Below, piece by piece: positions 60,848-64,000 of a stretch of DNA of 64,000 nt. The notes below the pieces were generated by a model, which saw nothing but the letters and a program-made list of their open reading frames with translations, was not told where the DNA came from and made no database searches. Source of the stretch: Alphaproteobacteria bacterium (GTDB lineage Bacteria; Pseudomonadota; Alphaproteobacteria; SP197); the NCBI GenBank assembly GCA_965228895.1, contig OZ245842.1, forward strand, positions 4,448,001 to 4,512,000, in the 5' to 3' direction. The position numbers and the translations under genes were made by a program. Numbering within the stretch: position 1 is the stretch's first letter; each line of letters starts with the position of its first letter.

Positions 60848-62500
60848 TCAAGACGTACGCGCCTTGGCGTCGATCTCGAAGAGGTCGCCGCGTTCGCGCA
60901 GCACCGTATCCAGCCAGTCCGTGCGCATCTCCGGCACCGAGGCCAAAAGCTTGCGGGTGTAGTCCTCTTTCTGCGGCGGCGTGAAGATATCCTCGGTCGG
61001 CCCCTGCTCGACGACGCCGCCCTTCCACATCACCACGGTTCGGTCGGCGATATTGCGGACGATGCCGAGGTCGTGGGTGATGAACATGTAAGCGATGTCG
61101 GTTTCTTTCTGCAGACGCTCCAGCAGTTCCAGAATGCCAGCGGCGACCACCTGATCCAGGGCCGACGTCACCTCGTCGCAGATAATCATCTCGGGATCGG
61201 CGGCAAGCGCGCGCGCGATGCACACGCGCTGCTTCTGTCCGCCGGAAAGCTGACCCGGAAACCGCTCGGCATACTCCGGACCCATGTCAATCTGGGCCAG
61301 CAGCTCTCGCACGCGCTCGTCGCGCTTCTTGCCGGTCAGCCCGAAGTAGAAGGACAACGGTCGGCCAATGATCTCGGCCACGGTCTGGCGCGGGTTAATC
61401 GCGACATCCGGCATCTGATAGATCATCTGGACCTTGCGCAATTCGTCGCGCTTGCGGTCCTTCAGCGCATGGCTGAACGCCTGACCTTCATATTCGACCA
61501 CGCCCTTGAACGGCGGCAACAGGCCGGTGACAACACGCGCCAGCGTCGACTTGCCGCTTCCCGACTCGCCCACCACGGCCACGGTTTCACCTTTGGCGAT
61601 GTGGACGTTGATGTCCTCCAGCACGTTGACCTTGCCGTCATAGCTGGCCGAGACATCCTTGATCGCCAGAAGCGGCGGATCGGGCATCTTAACGTCGACC
61701 TTCGGCTTCGGTTCGCCCTTGCGCGCGGAGATCAGCTCCTTCGTATAGGGCTCATGCGGATCTTCCAGGATCTGTTGGGTCTCGCCGACTTCGATCAGGT
61801 CGCCGTAACGCAACACCATGATGCGGTCGGCAATCTGGGCGACGACGGCGAGGTCATGGGTGATGTAGAGCGCTGACGTGTTGTTGTTGCGGATGAGGTC
61901 ACGCACAGTCGCCAGAACCTCGATCTGCGTCGTCACGTCGAGCGCCGTGGTCGGCTCGTCCAACACCAGCAGGTCGGGTCCGCAGGTCATCGCCATGGCC
62001 GACATGACGCGTTGCAGCTGGCCGCCGGAGACCTGATGAGGATAACGGGCACCGATTGTTTCGGGCGACGGCAGGTCTAGCCGGGTATAGAGCTCGATCG
62101 CACGGGCCGTCGCGTCCTTCTCGTTCATCACCTCGTGACGGATCGCAGTCTCGCAAACCTGGTCGTTCAGACGTTTTGCCGGATTGAACGACGCCGCCGC
62201 ACTCTGCGCGATGTAGGCGGCGCGCACGCCGCGCATCTCACGGCGCAACTCCTCATCCAGCGTCATCAGATCGGTGCCATCGAAGAAGATCTTGCCGCCG
62301 GTAATTTTGCAGCCCGGACGTGCATAGGCCATGGAGGCCAGGCCGATGGTCGACTTGCCGGCGCCGGACTCACCGATCAGGCCGAGCACCTCGCCACGTT
62401 TCAATTGCAGATCGACATCGTTGACGATCCGATTTGTGCCGCCTTCGCCGCCCTGGGCTTCGATTCTCAGGGCCTGCATTTCGAGAAGATAGTCGCTCAA
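60848..62500 (-). CDS. Dipeptide/oligopeptide-type ABC transporter ATP-binding protein (fused double NBD)
   Basis: GESGAGKST, YPHQVSGGQLQR, DEPTTALDVTTQ; GESGSGKST, LSGGQKQR, DEVTSALD. Confidence 0.93.
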   Translation of the reverse strand: MSDYLLEMQALRIEAQGGEGGTNRIVNDVDLQLKRGEVLGLIGESGAGKSTIGLASMAYARPGCKITGGKIFFDGTDLMTLDEELRREMRGVRAAYIAQSAAASFNPAKRLNDQVCETAIRHEVMNEKDATARAIELYTRLDLPSPETIGARYPHQVSGGQLQRVMSAMAMTCGPDLLVLDEPTTALDVTTQIEVLATVRDLIRNNNTSALYITHDLAVVAQIADRIMVLRYGDLIEVGETQQILEDPHEPYTKELISARKGEPKPKVDVKMPDPPLLAIKDVSASYDGKVNVLEDINVHIAKGETVAVVGESGSGKSTLARVVTGLLPPFKGVVEYEGQAFSHALKDRKRDELRKVQMIYQMPDVAINPRQTVAEIIGRPLSFYFGLTGKKRDERVRELLAQIDMGPEYAERFPGQLSGGQKQRVCIARALAADPEMIICDEVTSALDQVVAAGILELLERLQKETDIAYMFITHDLGIVRNIADRTVVMWKGGVVEQGPTEDIFTPPQKEDYTRKLLASVPEMRTDWLDTVLRERGDLFEIDAKARTS

Positions 62501-63348
62501 TGCTCCGCCTCCTCAAACTCTGCGGCCACCGACCGGTTCTGTTTGGCCAAGATGAAATCGACCAGAAGGTTGACGCCCACGGTCAGGATACCAATGGCTG
62601 CTGCGGGATAAAGCGGCGCGGCGATGCCATAGGTGATGGCGGCGCTGTTCTCGCGCACCATGCCGCCCCAGTCCGCGTAGGGCGGCTGGATACCGAGGCC
62701 CAGGAAGCTCAACGACGCGATGAACAGGAACGCAAAGCTGAAGCGCAGGCCGAACTCGGCGATCAACGGCGTTACCGTGTTCGGCAGAACTTCACGGCGC
62801 ATGATCCACCACAGGCCCTCGCCGCGCAGGCGCGCCGCCTCGACAAACTCCATGACCGCCACATCCATCGCTATCGCGCGTGACAGACGGAAGACGCGGG
62901 TCGAGTCGAGGACCGCGATGACCAGGATCAGGATGTAGATCTCAGACCCCAACACGGAGATGACGACCAGCGCCAGGATCAAGGTCGGGATCGCCATCAG
63001 GGCGTCGACGATGCGGCTCAACACCTGATCGATGGCACCGCGTAAGACGGCCGCCGTGAAACCGGCCAGAATGCCCATGGTAAACGACAGGATCGTTGCG
63101 ATCAGAGCAACCGTGATGGTCGTCTGCGCGCCATAGATCATGCGCGTCAACATGTCGCGGCCAAGCTGATCGCCACCCAGCCAGTGCGCGGCGCTGGGCG
63201 GCTCCCACACGCCGGTGACCAGGGCGGTCTCGCCATAGGGCGCGATCCACTGGGCGCAGATCACGACGAACGCGTTGATCAAGATGATGATGACGCCGAT
63301 CTTCGACGTGATCGGCATTTCGCGAAAGAGGGCCAGTGCTTTTTTCAT
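62497..63348 (-). CDS. ABC transporter permease (DppC-like)
   Basis: HWLGGDQLGRD, EFVEAARLRGE, LSFLGLGIQPP..DWG. Confidence 0.93.
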   Translation of the reverse strand: MKKALALFREMPITSKIGVIIILINAFVVICAQWIAPYGETALVTGVWEPPSAAHWLGGDQLGRDMLTRMIYGAQTTITVALIATILSFTMGILAGFTAAVLRGAIDQVLSRIVDALMAIPTLILALVVISVLGSEIYILILVIAVLDSTRVFRLSRAIAMDVAVMEFVEAARLRGEGLWWIMRREVLPNTVTPLIAEFGLRFSFAFLFIASLSFLGLGIQPPYADWGGMVRENSAAITYGIAAPLYPAAAIGILTVGVNLLVDFILAKQNRSVAAEFEEAEH

Positions 63349-63354
63349 GGCGAC

Positions 63355-64000
63355 CTACTTCGGATGCCGCAAACGCGGATTGGCGAGAATCGACAGGATG
63401 TCGGCAGTCAGATTGAGTCCGACATAGGTCATGGCGAAGATCAGACCACAGGCCTGCACGATCGGTACGTCGCGTTTCGACACCGCGTCGACCATGTATT
63501 GCCCCATGCCCGGATAGGTGAAGACCACCTCGACCACGACAACGCCGACAACCAGATAGGCCAAGTTCAAAACCACGACGTTAATGATCGGCGACAGCGC
63601 GTTGGGCAGGGCGTGCTGCACGACAACACGCCAATTCTTGATGCCCTTAAGATGCGCCATCTCGATGTAAGGACTGTTCATCACCGAAATGACCGCCGCG
63701 CGCGTCATGCGCATCATGTGCGCCAAGACGACCAGGGTAAGCGTTATCGCCGGCAAGATGAGCGCCGCCAGCAACTCGCCGAAATCCATACGGTCGTTGA
63801 TGTTGGACAGGCTGGGCAGCCAGCCAAGCTTGACCGCGACAAACAGGATGAGGACGTAACCGACAAAGAACTCGGGCACCGAGATGATCATCAGCGTGGA
63901 AACCGAGATCGACTTGTCGAACGCCGTGCCCTGCTTGATCGCGGCGATCAGGCCCAGGGTAATCGCGAACGGAACGGCGATGATGGCGGCCAGGCCGGCC
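63355..64000 (-). CDS. ABC transporter permease (DppB-like); 5' end lies outside the window
   Basis: ISVPEF, LILPAITL, RMTRA, YIEMAHLKG, HALPNA, VEVVF.YPG, RDVP.VQ. Confidence 0.9.
   Translation of the reverse strand, partial: AGLAAIIAVPFAITLGLIAAIKQGTAFDKSISVSTLMIISVPEFFVGYVLILFVAVKLGWLPSLSNINDRMDFGELLAALILPAITLTLVVLAHMMRMTRAAVISVMNSPYIEMAHLKGIKNWRVVVQHALPNALSPIINVVVLNLAYLVVGVVVVEVVFTYPGMGQYMVDAVSKRDVPIVQACGLIFAMTYVGLNLTADILSILANPRLRHPK

Overview
High-GC bacterial chromosomal window, most consistent with an alphaproteobacterium (Rhodospirillales-like; inferred from gene content and repeat types). It is dense in catabolic and transport genes for nitrogenous compounds. Main features: (1) a selenocysteine operon selA-selB-(BenE-family transporter)-selC(tRNA-Sec)-selD(flavoprotein fusion). 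It converges on a hidden GrdB/PrdB-like selenoprotein that the ORF track splits at an in-frame UGA (UxxCxC motif, SECIS-like hairpin), with no other Grd/Prd subunits in the window. (2) An RpoH-like promoter driving a putative repressor, PspA/IM30, YqiJ and a flotillin (YqiK), followed by a tandem array of five small two-TM proteins and a DUF1835-like gene. (3) An FMN riboswitch upstream of a type II lumazine synthase. (4) Three multi-hairpin TAGAGC...GCTCTA intergenic palindromic elements. (5) A diverged duplicate of an aminotransferase 3' end next to a lower-GC GNAT gene flanked by short palindromes. (6) A small gene interrupted by an in-frame TAG. Also present: prfC, yaaA, a metY-like gene, hydantoinase A/B, a hydantoin/Rieske catabolic cluster, a sarcosine-oxidase-like pair and a dipeptide-type ABC transporter. 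No CRISPR, rRNA, transposase or integrase was seen. All family calls are by motif recognition, without database searches.
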